IMG/VR virus record: IMGVR_UViG_3300037962_000518
Span: 7,960 to 71,959 of that record
From: a virus
Lineage: Duplodnaviria > Heunggongvirae > Uroviricota > Caudoviricetes
DNA length: 64,000 nt
Strand: one strand, 5' to 3'
In this document: positions 27,959 through 37,447 of the stretch, one piece after another
How the letters are laid out: every line of letters begins with the position of its first letter
Numbering within the stretch: position 1 is the stretch's first letter
The notes under the pieces: generated by a model
What the model was told of the DNA's origin: nothing
Database searches by the model: none
What the model saw: only the letters and a program-made list of their open reading frames with translations
Program-made: the position numbers and the translations under genes

Positions 27959-28272
27959 TACATATGTTCCCCATATTTTTCCTCAAAATCTTCTGTGGAT
28001 AACTCCTTGCTTTCCTCAAATAATTCGGTTTGCCAACAACCTGTTTGTGTATCTAGATTAGCTATAAAATATCCATCTTGGCGCTCATATCCTTCTGGTA
28101 AGTAACAAGAATATCCCTCCAGATAACTACCATTTTCACTATTACTCCAACTTACCCATTTTACGTAACGATCTCCTTCAAGACACCAAGCTTCACAATC
28201 AGATACTGATATTAAAACTGGATAATCAGTACTTTCTAAAAACTGTTTCAGAGCTTCAACTTTTAAAAGCAT
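27958..28272 (-). CDS. Hypothetical acidic protein (104 aa)
   Basis: ORF. Confidence 0.45.
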   Translation of the reverse strand: MLLKVEALKQFLESTDYPVLISVSDCEAWCLEGDRYVKWVSWSNSENGSYLEGYSCYLPEGYERQDGYFIANLDTQTGCWQTELFEESKELSTEDFEEKYGEHM

Positions 28273-28952
28273 AATAACTCCTGCACATCCACAAAAGTAC
28301 TCGGTTTCAAGTATTTCCCATTTGGGAAACGCTCATTATTTTCTTTATCATAACAACTTTTGAAAATATATACCTTTTTACCAAGTAATTCACCTTCCTC
28401 GAAGTAAACATCCGTATATCGACCTTTTGATTCAATATAATCACATTCTTTATCTGGGTCAACCGTACCAACTAAAGGAAACTTAGATAAATTACTAGTG
28501 TTTACAGCGTTTGCGTATTCAATAAACTTTTGAGGGTTGATATCCGTTGCTACTACAGCATCCACTAGACAATCTACAGCATCTACAAAGTGGTATTGCC
28601 CATACTTAGTTGATAAGAAAGCTTTCTGTGCTTCATGTAGTAAATCACTAAAATCAAGACCTGTTTCAGAGATACGAGGTGCTTCTAAAAGTAAATCCTT
28701 GTTACCAGAGTACATCATTAAACAAGTTGGCACCGTTACATGAAGATCGAGTAATGCGTCATAACTCTCATTCTCAATCTGATTCTTAATAGACATAACA
28801 CCTTCTTTAAATTCACCAAAAGCAACTTCTATTTGGTGAACTAAGTTTTCATCTGAATCAGTGACTAGTCCTACAGCCATATTGATTTCATCAGAAATTT
28901 TCCATGTTTCAAGGATTTTATCTGCCAACTCTTGTTTATTTACTTTCGCCAT
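28263..28952 (-). CDS. Hypothetical protein (229 aa)
   Basis: ORF; no confident motif. Confidence 0.5.
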   Translation of the reverse strand: MAKVNKQELADKILETWKISDEINMAVGLVTDSDENLVHQIEVAFGEFKEGVMSIKNQIENESYDALLDLHVTVPTCLMMYSGNKDLLLEAPRISETGLDFSDLLHEAQKAFLSTKYGQYHFVDAVDCLVDAVVATDINPQKFIEYANAVNTSNLSKFPLVGTVDPDKECDYIESKGRYTDVYFEEGELLGKKVYIFKSCYDKENNERFPNGKYLKPSTFVDVQELLCF

Positions 28953-28953
28953 A

Positions 28954-29211
28954 TTATTGTTTCCCCTCTCGCTTATAAATAATATTTGTTTGAAACAACG
29001 TTTCTAATTCATCTACACTTTTACCAGATAAATCCCAATCGTACCACCAACCACAGTCATTTTGATATACAATGTTATTCTCTGGTAAGTCTTTATATGT
29101 GTGTATCTGCGTATAATCCACTCTTTTATCATTGAGGTTATTTAGAGATATATTAACTAATTTACCGTCTATAGAGATGTCTACACTATCTTTATTACAG
29201 TATTCACTCAT
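28954..29211 (-). CDS. Hypothetical protein (85 aa)
   Basis: ORF. Confidence 0.45.
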   Translation of the reverse strand: MSEYCNKDSVDISIDGKLVNISLNNLNDKRVDYTQIHTYKDLPENNIVYQNDCGWWYDWDLSGKSVDELETLFQTNIIYKREGKQ

Positions 29212-30790
29212 TTATTACCTCCATAATTTCACCAGTTTGTTTGTTACGTTGAACCCATTTAAACATTTTAGACTCAATATCCGCAATACTTTTATCAACA
29301 ATTTCTAAAGTGTTATCCAACCTTTCTACAAGTAAATCCTTTTTAAGAGATTTATATGCTTTCAGTTGAGCTTCTTTCAATGATTTCAAATCCGATAACA
29401 TCTTGGTAAGTAACTCTTCTGACAAGTCAGTATTGAACACTTGGTAAGGTGCTGTCAAGGTATTGTTGTTCTCAATCTTACTTGTATCTACTTTGAAACG
29501 TTTTAACAAATCATATACTGTAGTAGGATCATTTTCCTTACGCATCATATAAACACATTGAAAACATTTTTGTAACCATTCAATTGTAGTTTCATCAATA
29601 TCATCACCATCCCAAGAGGTATACTTAACACCATTAGGAAACCATTCGTAAAATAAATCTACCACTTTCTGTAACACTTTTTGAGGTGTATCTAGATGTA
29701 CAAAGTCTTTATAGAATGTTTTCTCACCATACTGTACATTGTTATAAGCTTCTGGAGGTAAATGTAATCTACTTCCATATCCGTCAGCCGTGTCTTGCAA
29801 GCAAAGCTGTAGTGCTGTAAACAATAACCCCGTCCCTTTTAAATCATCTCCACACCACTCTAGTGTACCAACGCTCAAATCTGTAGAATCAATCTTTATA
29901 ATCTGAGGGTACTTAAAATGGAAAGATTTGGTATAATTAAAACTGAATCCTGCACAATTCCAATTATCCTTGTCTATTGAAGATTTTATACCTGTTACTT
30001 TACCTGTCTTTCTATACTCAAGATAATTTTTAAAAGCTGCAGCATCTACTCTCTCATCTGCCTCATATCCTTCAGGAGCAAGTTCAGAGGTATAATTATC
30101 TAATAGGTATTGTCTTGCTTCATTAAGTAGTAAGGGCCGTTCTAAGTCTTTCCTAGCATCTTTATACCGTTTAGGTAACTTGATAAAGTGTCTGTGAGAT
30201 AAGCCTTCACCAAGATATAACTTTACATTATCAATACCTGTTTGTTTCTTGATACAATCAATCCATTGGTCCATGAAGTAATATAAAACTTCTTTACTAT
30301 CCTTGAATTTTAAACCATCAATCTCACAACCATTTTCATACTTCAATTTCTTTACTGGCTTAATTTCAAAATCGTCTAAAGTGTAAGGTTCGATACCCTC
30401 AGCTTCTCGCTTTACATTTAGAATATCTAAAAAGCTTCCAGATGTTATTTTACCTTTAGTCCTAGCAGCACCTTTAAACTCTGTTTTATTTTTGAAAGTC
30501 GTTCCTTCTTCTACAAATAATCCTTCTACAGTAGTATCTTCTTCCTTAAGACAAATAACTTCAATATAGTCATCTTCAACAGCACTCGCTGATTTATAAG
30601 CAATACTATCTGAATCGATATGATTAATCACATTATCACTGTAAAGCTTTTGGATATCTTTAACCTGTAAACTTTTAAATAGTTCATTATCTTGCTTACT
30701 TGGTATGAAAGTATTATTACCTCCTCTAAAACCATCCACTTCTTCAACAGCACCATTCTGCGAAGGTTTAAACTTATTCTCAAATTTCAA
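29204..30790 (-). CDS. Hypothetical large protein (528 aa)
   Basis: Long ORF without recognisable motifs; acidic. Confidence 0.55.
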   Translation of the reverse strand: MKFENKFKPSQNGAVEEVDGFRGGNNTFIPSKQDNELFKSLQVKDIQKLYSDNVINHIDSDSIAYKSASAVEDDYIEVICLKEEDTTVEGLFVEEGTTFKNKTEFKGAARTKGKITSGSFLDILNVKREAEGIEPYTLDDFEIKPVKKLKYENGCEIDGLKFKDSKEVLYYFMDQWIDCIKKQTGIDNVKLYLGEGLSHRHFIKLPKRYKDARKDLERPLLLNEARQYLLDNYTSELAPEGYEADERVDAAAFKNYLEYRKTGKVTGIKSSIDKDNWNCAGFSFNYTKSFHFKYPQIIKIDSTDLSVGTLEWCGDDLKGTGLLFTALQLCLQDTADGYGSRLHLPPEAYNNVQYGEKTFYKDFVHLDTPQKVLQKVVDLFYEWFPNGVKYTSWDGDDIDETTIEWLQKCFQCVYMMRKENDPTTVYDLLKRFKVDTSKIENNNTLTAPYQVFNTDLSEELLTKMLSDLKSLKEAQLKAYKSLKKDLLVERLDNTLEIVDKSIADIESKMFKWVQRNKQTGEIMEVINE

Positions 30791-30826
30791 TATCTTTCTC
30801 CTCTAAATACTTACCAATCCGTTCTT

Positions 30827-31069
30827 TCATAGCAACTCCTCTCTCAAAATTTCAACGAACCTATCCTTCAATCTTGTTGCAGCAATAGACTCGTCCATGT
30901 TAAGGTAACAACTCATACAAGTAGGATAATTTTCCAAACGGTCAATCACCTCTCGGATACGTTCTTCTTGTTCATTCCAAGCATCCTGTGCAGCAATGTA
31001 CTTTTCTTGGTAACATCCGTCATCGGTAACGTAACTTTGTTGCTTCCACCATTTATCAAATTTAGTCAT
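30827..31069 (-). CDS. Hypothetical protein (80 aa)
   Basis: ORF. Confidence 0.45.
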   Translation of the reverse strand: MTKFDKWWKQQSYVTDDGCYQEKYIAAQDAWNEQEERIREVIDRLENYPTCMSCYLNMDESIAATRLKDRFVEILREELL

Positions 31070-31221
31070 GATTCATCCTCATATTTTAATTTATACTTTT
31101 TACATAATTCCTCTAAAGCGCCTGTAGGATCAGTAATATACTTTTGAACTTCAATAAAATCTTCTTCGAAATGTTCTGGAAAAGATTTCTTGTCATTTTC
31201 CAAAGTAACTTTTCTATCCAT
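31066..31221 (-). CDS. Hypothetical small protein (51 aa, MDRKVTLEND...)
   Basis: Not in the ORF track. AAGAGGAG RBS upstream of ATG 31221; TGA overlaps the ATG of the next gene. Confidence 0.45.
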   Translation of the reverse strand: MDRKVTLENDKKSFPEHFEEDFIEVQKYITDPTGALEELCKKYKLKYEDES

Positions 31222-31313
31222 AATATTCTCCTCTTCAAATAAATCTCATTTAATAAATATAAAAATACATTTGGAGAAAAGGGACCACCGTTTATAGATG
31301 ATCCTTTGTTCTG

Positions 31314-32672
31314 TTATTTATTTGTCTTTGAGTTATTGATAACGTCTTGGACAAGTTTTGTAGATAGTAAATCACTCACTTGACTACCACTAGTACCGCT
31401 TCCACCCATAACAATTTGTGGGGATGTAATTTTAACTTGTGGTAATACTTCTGCCATTTTAACTTGGATATCGCGGTCTAATTCAGCTAAATATATATCT
31501 TTATTATCCTGTTTAGCTTTTAATTTAGCTCGGTCAACTTCTGCTTCTGCAAAACCTTTCTCTTTGATAGCCTGTGCTTCAAACTTCGCGGCCTTTGCAT
31601 TGGCTGACTGAATTCCTTCGTTTGCTCGGGCAATTTGTAGTTCACGTTGTTTATCAATGATAGCTAACTCTGCCACTTTCTTACGTTCTACAGTTTCTCG
31701 TTGAGCTTGTAGTTCAGCTTGCAACACTTCCTTTTCGCCAGCAATCTTAGCAGCATCTTTTTGTTGAAGTAGTACATTTTGTTTCTGGATACGTTCACGT
31801 TCACCTTTTAATTGTGCTGTGATAGCCAATTGTCTTTCGTTTTCTTGGTCCTCTACAATCTTAGCACGAGCACGTACACGGTCTTGCTTATCAACCATAA
31901 ATTCACGTAAGCGAGGTTCAGGGTCGTAATCTACAAGGTTAATACCTGCTGGTACAACTGTAATACCATAAGCTGCAATTGCTGTTGGATTTCGTAATGG
32001 TAAGCCTTTTTCATCCTCCAAGATTTTAATCTCATAACGGAACTGCTGACCAACCTTTGTATTATCTCGATCTGTATTACGATCAGCTACTTCAGATGTT
32101 ACCAGCTCTTTAGTTCGTTTTGTCACTAACATACCATTAGATGCTTGGTCTACAAGTCGAGACTTAAACTGGTTTTGAGCACCTTGTAAGAAGTTCTCAG
32201 CTTTAAACTGACTAGCTGTATAGTTAATCAAATCTTGTGAGAAAGGTAATAGTGTGTTTCCGAAAAGGTTTTCACTATTCTTAACTTTATCATGCATTTG
32301 TTCTAATACTTCCACATTCTTAGATAGTGAGTAACGGAAGCTTGCTTCAATAGTGATACCATACGTGTCAGCAAAGCCAACTTGACGTGGACTAGCACAA
32401 ATAGAACTAGCTTCACAAAGTTCTTGGTTATCTGTTACAGCTACAGTACCTTCTTGTGAGTAAGTTACTACCCGAGAGAAGAATGGTACTTTTAAAGCAA
32501 TACCTTCGTCAAGCTTCCAAGAGTAACCACCAGTGATGTTGTTTTGGATACGCACTGCCTCACCACTACCTACTGTAGTAAAGGAGTTTAGTGCAACAAT
32601 TGTTGCAAAAACGCAGCCGCCTATAATTTTACCGTACTTACTTAAATTGTTCATTAATGTTTCTTTATTCAT
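31314..32672 (-). CDS. SPFH (band-7/flotillin/HflKC-like) domain membrane protein
   Basis: N-terminal TM helix, then a GEAVRIQN...ALKVPFFSRVVTY SPFH-like core, followed by a long Ala/Gln/Glu/Lys-rich coiled coil typical of flotillin-like proteins. Confidence 0.55.
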   Translation of the reverse strand: MNKETLMNNLSKYGKIIGGCVFATIVALNSFTTVGSGEAVRIQNNITGGYSWKLDEGIALKVPFFSRVVTYSQEGTVAVTDNQELCEASSICASPRQVGFADTYGITIEASFRYSLSKNVEVLEQMHDKVKNSENLFGNTLLPFSQDLINYTASQFKAENFLQGAQNQFKSRLVDQASNGMLVTKRTKELVTSEVADRNTDRDNTKVGQQFRYEIKILEDEKGLPLRNPTAIAAYGITVVPAGINLVDYDPEPRLREFMVDKQDRVRARAKIVEDQENERQLAITAQLKGERERIQKQNVLLQQKDAAKIAGEKEVLQAELQAQRETVERKKVAELAIIDKQRELQIARANEGIQSANAKAAKFEAQAIKEKGFAEAEVDRAKLKAKQDNKDIYLAELDRDIQVKMAEVLPQVKITSPQIVMGGSGTSGSQVSDLLSTKLVQDVINNSKTNK

Positions 32673-32687
32673 ACTTATCTCCTTTTA

Positions 32688-32963
32688 TTAATAATCTTCT
32701 GCAAAAATTGTATCATCACTCTTACGGTTATACAAGCATAATTCTCCCTTACGCTCACCATAAGATACTTCACTCATTACATAACCTTTATTCAATAAAC
32801 CCTGATAATGTTTAAATGAATGTTTGTTGATAGAAGTACTTCCTTTATCACTAAGATGTTTAGTCCATTTAACAACTTCACGCATTTTAGCTTTTTGAAC
32901 GTTCTTGGCAATTTCTTCTTCTGTGAAAGGTGGTACACACCAATCTTTAATCTGTTTAAACAT
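32688..32963 (-). CDS. Hypothetical protein (91 aa)
   Basis: ORF. Confidence 0.45.
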   Translation of the reverse strand: MFKQIKDWCVPPFTEEEIAKNVQKAKMREVVKWTKHLSDKGSTSINKHSFKHYQGLLNKGYVMSEVSYGERKGELCLYNRKSDDTIFAEDY

Positions 32964-33130
32964 AACTTTCCTCCTCTAAGTAAGAGACTCCATCTTACAG
33001 AAGACTCTCCACTTTGTCAACAATTATTTATTAAAATATTTATTTCTAATTGCAATACCTACGAAAGCAATTAATCCTGCGATACATCCTCCTAAGATAA
33101 CGATTGATAAGATGTCGAATATTTCTCGCA

Positions 33131-33424
33131 TTATTGATCCTTTTCATAACCCATTAGGATTTCTGTTTCTGCAATACGTTCTGCACTAAGTTCAATTGCA
33201 GCTACCTTTTTCTTTTCATTAAATTCAATATCGTAGGATAATTCAGCTAACTTTTTGATAAAGCTAGTGTCATAACCTTTTTCCTTTTCGACTTCAAGGG
33301 TACTTTTAATCAAGTCTTTTGCTGCATCTAATTGGATTTGTGCATCAACTAACTCTTTTACCACACCTTTTAAACGTTTACGTTCTACTTGGTCTGATGG
33401 TAATGTTGTGATTTTATCTGTCAT
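33131..33424 (-). CDS. Hypothetical protein (97 aa)
   Basis: ORF. Confidence 0.45.
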   Translation of the reverse strand: MTDKITTLPSDQVERKRLKGVVKELVDAQIQLDAAKDLIKSTLEVEKEKGYDTSFIKKLAELSYDIEFNEKKKVAAIELSAERIAETEILMGYEKDQ

Positions 33425-33440
33425 AGTGTTTTCTCCTTTA

Positions 33441-33737
33441 TTAATATAAATCGTCTGCTGTATCTTTTACTATTTGCCAAGCTTCTTCAATTTGATCAAG
33501 TTCACCTAAGTCTTGGATTTCAAGTTTATCCTTAATATCGTTAAACTTACTTTCAAAATGATCAATTACCGAAGAAAGATAGGTATATAAATCTTCCTCT
33601 TGCTCCTCTACAGTTTTATCATAATCCAGAGGAAAGTCATCTAGAATTTTAGAGCGTTTCATAATGCTTCTCCTATTTTCATACATATATTTTGTAAACG
33701 TTAGGACTTTTACAATAAGGGTAGAAGCTTTTATCAT
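33441..33737 (-). CDS. Hypothetical acidic protein (98 aa)
   Basis: ORF. Confidence 0.45.
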   Translation of the reverse strand: MIKASTLIVKVLTFTKYMYENRRSIMKRSKILDDFPLDYDKTVEEQEEDLYTYLSSVIDHFESKFNDIKDKLEIQDLGELDQIEEAWQIVKDTADDLY

Positions 33738-33921
33738 CTGGATAACTTTCGTACAGATGTACAGAACAAACTACACTTTCAGGCCAAACTTTTCCTTCTG
33801 AAAAGTCATTATAAGTCAGTGTAGGTGGTTCTGATATACCTGTCACATCCTTTTCTAAGGGAAAGGGGTAATTTTCTAAGAAAGTATTAAATTCCTCTGC
33901 AGATACTTCTTTAGATTCCAT
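33679..33921 (-). CDS. Hypothetical protein (80 aa)
   Basis: ORF overlapping its neighbour by 59 nt; start uncertain. Confidence 0.35.
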   Translation of the reverse strand: MESKEVSAEEFNTFLENYPFPLEKDVTGISEPPTLTYNDFSEGKVWPESVVCSVHLYESYPDDKSFYPYCKSPNVYKIYV

Positions 33922-34074
33922 AGTATTTTCTCCTATCGTAATTAATATTTGAGGGAAAAGAGATTATTTCCCTCAAGGTTTATACTTTAAAGTAGATACT
34001 TTACCGTATAGATTCCATTGTACAGGAATGTTTGTGGTTGTAAAGGGTTATTTGTAATTTATTTTAGGTTTATT

Positions 34075-34668
34075 TTACTCAACCTCGTAAGATAGTAAAG
34101 ACTTATATAAACTTTCATCTATAACACCCTCACCATAATATTTACAAGCTTTACTTCTTATAAGGTCTTCTTTGTACTCTTTATATAGCCTGAATGCATC
34201 TTCTGGCGTATCTCTAGAACCCAAATTAATAGTCTTACCTTCACCATTATTACACCAAGCAGTGTACTTGTTTCTATTACTGCTGTAAGAAACACCTAAA
34301 GGTGTACCCATATTCCTACTTTTACCGACCCTGTTTACCAGTAACATGTTTAAATCTCTTGGAATCATTCTACAAGTTTTAGGTGAGTAGTATACACCTT
34401 CTCCATAATAATCAGATAGTATATCCTTATCAATTTGATAACCATCTTTATAATTATTATAGTACCACAGAGCGAACACTTGATAATCATGCCAAGATTC
34501 ACACAAATATACATCCTTGTAAGTACAGTACCTAGCTTTCCACTCCTCATTATAACATCTTCTTAATATATCTATCCAAGTGTTATAGCATTTAGTTTTT
34601 GTGCTTCGATTTATTCTTTTTAGATACAGACCTCCACTGTCATATCCATAATCTTTTACAACTCCCAT
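34075..34668 (-). CDS. Homing-endonuclease-like protein with AP2-type domain (197 aa)
   Basis: YNTWIDILRRCYN...CESWHDY module shared with 10825..11520. GVSYSSNRNKYTAWCNNGEGKTINLGSRDTPEDAFRLYKEY resembles an AP2 DNA-binding domain. Confidence 0.5.
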   Translation of the reverse strand: MGVVKDYGYDSGGLYLKRINRSTKTKCYNTWIDILRRCYNEEWKARYCTYKDVYLCESWHDYQVFALWYYNNYKDGYQIDKDILSDYYGEGVYYSPKTCRMIPRDLNMLLVNRVGKSRNMGTPLGVSYSSNRNKYTAWCNNGEGKTINLGSRDTPEDAFRLYKEYKEDLIRSKACKYYGEGVIDESLYKSLLSYEVE

Positions 34669-34680
34669 CTTATATTACTC

Positions 34681-35682
34681 TTAGTTCCTCACATTCATAT
34701 GTAAAGACTTTCGTTTCTCTTTAGAAAACAAGTTCACTCTTCCACGGGTGGTAGCTCCACAATCTAAACAACGATATTGTTGGAATTTAGATACACCTGT
34801 GTAAGCAAAACCATCTTCCTTAATCCGTTTACTACCGCAGCGACAAACATGTTCATCTTCATTACTGTAAAGATTAAAGTTTACATGTTTACTATCCCAA
34901 GCTTGTAGTTTTGTGTAAAGCTCTTCTAAACTTAAGACATCATACCTATTATATTCTTCACACTCTTCAAAAGCTTCTAGATTATCCTTCATCATTTCAG
35001 CCCACAAGTCAAAACCAGAAAATTTACCGTGATCAAGTTTTTTATACTTTTCACAAAGTTTATCTGTCATATAAGCTAACTTATTAGATGTAAAGTTGAA
35101 TTCTCTTTTAGCAATATGTAGTGTGTCAATATGCTTAACGGGACTAAATGGTTTGTATCCGTTTAATACCATACGAGCTTTAATCTTAGGGACATCAAAA
35201 CTAACACCATTTTGTGTAAGGCAGATATCTGCCTCATCTAAGAGTTTCCATAAATCATCTAGAATTTCAGTGTCATCTTCTGTATGCACCTTACCACGCA
35301 TATCTTTATAGAATACTTCATCTTCATCAGATCCTAACCATTTAGCTGCGTAAGATAAAATAAACCAATCATTACATATTTGATTTAAACCAACGTTGTT
35401 CCGCCATAAACTCCATACAGCTCCCAGAATTGGGGCTGTTTCTATATCCAGTACAAGAATCTTAGGTAAATGTTTTCTTAAATCTTCCAACTCACCACTA
35501 TGAACAATATCACCCTTGCGCCACTTAGCTAAAATATTATTAACAGTACTCTTACGGCTACGAGGAATATCTAATTCATCACAAATCTTGCGCGAAGATA
35601 ATCCTTTTAAATGTAACTCAATTACCGTGTCAATCTGACCCTTGTTTAAACCTTTGGTTGTACCCTTATTATTCTTACTCAA
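34681..35682 (-). CDS. HTH + DEDD-type 3'-5' exonuclease-like + C-terminal zinc-ribbon protein
   Basis: HTH-like LKGLSSRKICDELDI. LVLDIETAP, QNGVSFDVP and YNRYDV resemble Exo I/II/III motifs. C-terminal CRCG...CLDCG. No ATG is available; the likely TTG start overlaps the stop of the upstream small ORF. Confidence 0.45.
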   Translation of the reverse strand: MSKNNKGTTKGLNKGQIDTVIELHLKGLSSRKICDELDIPRSRKSTVNNILAKWRKGDIVHSGELEDLRKHLPKILVLDIETAPILGAVWSLWRNNVGLNQICNDWFILSYAAKWLGSDEDEVFYKDMRGKVHTEDDTEILDDLWKLLDEADICLTQNGVSFDVPKIKARMVLNGYKPFSPVKHIDTLHIAKREFNFTSNKLAYMTDKLCEKYKKLDHGKFSGFDLWAEMMKDNLEAFEECEEYNRYDVLSLEELYTKLQAWDSKHVNFNLYSNEDEHVCRCGSKRIKEDGFAYTGVSKFQQYRCLDCGATTRGRVNLFSKEKRKSLHMNVRN

Positions 35683-35822
35683 ATTTTCTTCTCCTGTTCA
35701 AAAACAAAATATTGCAACGCTTCAATCTCTCCATAAAGAAAGTCACAGTCTTCTAAAGATAGACTCTCTAAACTACCGAGTAAACTTTTAAGATTATTTA
35801 ACTTCTCCTCTAAAAGTCCCAT
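35679..35822 (-). CDS. Hypothetical small protein (47 aa, MGLLEEKLNN...)
   Basis: Not in the ORF track. Strong AGGAGG RBS; translationally coupled to the downstream gene. Confidence 0.45.
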   Translation of the reverse strand: MGLLEEKLNNLKSLLGSLESLSLEDCDFLYGEIEALQYFVFEQEKKI

Positions 35823-35839
35823 CAATCCTCCTAATAAAC

Positions 35840-36097
35840 TTAATCCTGATATTCTTCAAGATACCAAATAGTATTCTTTATCATTTCTTTTTGCCAATCT
35901 GACAACTCTGTATAATCGTTCCCTCTCATCTCTTGATCTAGAGAAGGCCTAACTACGATAGCTCCAAACTCATTCTTTAGTATCTCAGCTATCTTGTATA
36001 AGATTATACTCTTTCCTGTAGAAGTAGGTGCTTTTATAGATATAGAACCTAATTTTGGATGAATTATTTCTGCTTTCAAACTTTCTCTCCTCACCAA
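35840..36097 (-). CDS. Small P-loop-containing protein (85 aa)
   Basis: KAPTSTGKS Walker-A-like motif in a very short ORF. Confidence 0.4.
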   Translation of the reverse strand: MVRRESLKAEIIHPKLGSISIKAPTSTGKSIILYKIAEILKNEFGAIVVRPSLDQEMRGNDYTELSDWQKEMIKNTIWYLEEYQD

Positions 36098-36387
36098 ATA
36101 TTCTGCATACCAATTAATTGTGCTTTTGTGCCAGTTATTTCTTCAAACTCTTCAGCTTTACGTTTCACCATACTAACCCAATCATCAAATTCATCTGATA
36201 AAACGACAACATCCTTAACAGTAAATCCCCATACCTGCCCTGCTTCATCTGCATCGTACCATAAAGAATAACAGTCCATGCCGTGTTCTTCTGCGTATTC
36301 CCAACCACACTCAAATTCTTCCTCGTCATAAGGAATATCCTTGGCAGACCTACCAACAATCATACCACCTGAATAATCAACACCCAT
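36091..36387 (-). CDS. Hypothetical acidic protein (98 aa)
   Basis: ORF. Confidence 0.45.
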   Translation of the reverse strand: MGVDYSGGMIVGRSAKDIPYDEEEFECGWEYAEEHGMDCYSLWYDADEAGQVWGFTVKDVVVLSDEFDDWVSMVKRKAEEFEEITGTKAQLIGMQNIW

Positions 36388-36389
36388 AC

Positions 36390-36614
36390 TTAAGCCTCCA
36401 TACCTTTACTCAACATCTCACTTAAATCAGTACCACCATCATGGAAACTTGTCACAAACTTTCCAGATACCTTATCTATTTCAATAAATGAATTATATTG
36501 TAAATCTTCTAACTCTGTCACTTCGTAAACAATATTATTATGTTGGAAGAAGTCATTATATTTAGAATTTTTTACTATGGCACATTTCCCAAACAATTTC
36601 ATGAAACTTTTCAT
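36390..36614 (-). CDS. Hypothetical protein (74 aa)
   Basis: ORF. Confidence 0.4.
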   Translation of the reverse strand: MKSFMKLFGKCAIVKNSKYNDFFQHNNIVYEVTELEDLQYNSFIEIDKVSGKFVTSFHDGGTDLSEMLSKGMEA

Positions 36615-36744
36615 TTAAGCTTGCTTGATCATAATACTCTGGAAGGTACTTAATATTATCACCAACAAATTCTTCAACAGTTAAATCTGTACATGCAAAC
36701 TTACCTCTGAAGGTTTGTGTCTCACTCATAAACAACCTCCACAT
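36562..36744 (-). CDS. Hypothetical protein (60 aa)
   Basis: ORF; overlaps its neighbour. Confidence 0.3.
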   Translation of the reverse strand: MWRLFMSETQTFRGKFACTDLTVEEFVGDNIKYLPEYYDQASLNEKFHEIVWEMCHSKKF

Positions 36745-36904
36745 TCTTCACAAAACCTATAATTTTACTCTTGATTCCTTCAATCAATCCAAACCCATCA
36801 ACCATCTCCTCTTTGTAAATATCATAATTAATGTCACAAAGAATATTTTCTGCTAATTGTTGTAAATCTTCTTCTGTGTATTTAATCTTGTTTAACTTAG
36901 TCAT
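36722..36904 (-). CDS. Hypothetical protein (60 aa)
   Basis: ORF. Confidence 0.35.
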   Translation of the reverse strand: MTKLNKIKYTEEDLQQLAENILCDINYDIYKEEMVDGFGLIEGIKSKIIGFVKNVEVVYE

Positions 36905-37012
36905 ACTACTTACTCCTCTTCTCTTTCAGCCAATTATCACGTTCTTTTTCAAGATTCTTTTTCAACAATTTCATATCTTCTGGTAAATCTTTTTCTTTCA
37001 TAAAGCCTCCTG

Positions 37013-37264
37013 TTAAAAAGGTAACTTTCTCAATTCTTGAGCAACGAATGGATGACAAACTAACATGTTGTCTGTCACAAATACTTCTTTTGAAGGAACT
37101 ACCTTATGACAAACTTTCACCTTTTGTAAAGGTTTCCACGGAAATGTAAACAATCTTTCTTTCCAACTTCTAACCTTTTCATATGACTCTGTTTCTGTCA
37201 AGTTAATATCTTCGACTATTCTATAACTATTTACCAAATGTTGAACAATATCATACTTTGTCAT
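37013..37264 (-). CDS. Hypothetical protein (83 aa)
   Basis: ORF. Confidence 0.45.
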   Translation of the reverse strand: MTKYDIVQHLVNSYRIVEDINLTETESYEKVRSWKERLFTFPWKPLQKVKVCHKVVPSKEVFVTDNMLVCHPFVAQELRKLPF

Positions 37265-37267
37265 AAC

Positions 37268-37447
37268 TTAACCAACCTTCGCCAAAGAACACCTTTCTAC
37301 ATCTTTAACAAATTGCTCGGACAACTCTTTTACAACAGATTCAATATTTGCAGAAGATTTACCCTTGCTTCCATCAGAATATGCTTTCACATACAATTGT
37401 TCTGCGAAGTATAATAACACTTTCTTATCAACGTTAATCTTGTTCAT
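37268..37447 (-). CDS. Hypothetical small protein (59 aa, MNKINVDKKV...)
   Basis: Not in the ORF track; fills the gap between adjacent genes, with TAA..ATG coupling to the next gene. Confidence 0.4.
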   Translation of the reverse strand: MNKINVDKKVLLYFAEQLYVKAYSDGSKGKSSANIESVVKELSEQFVKDVERCSLAKVG

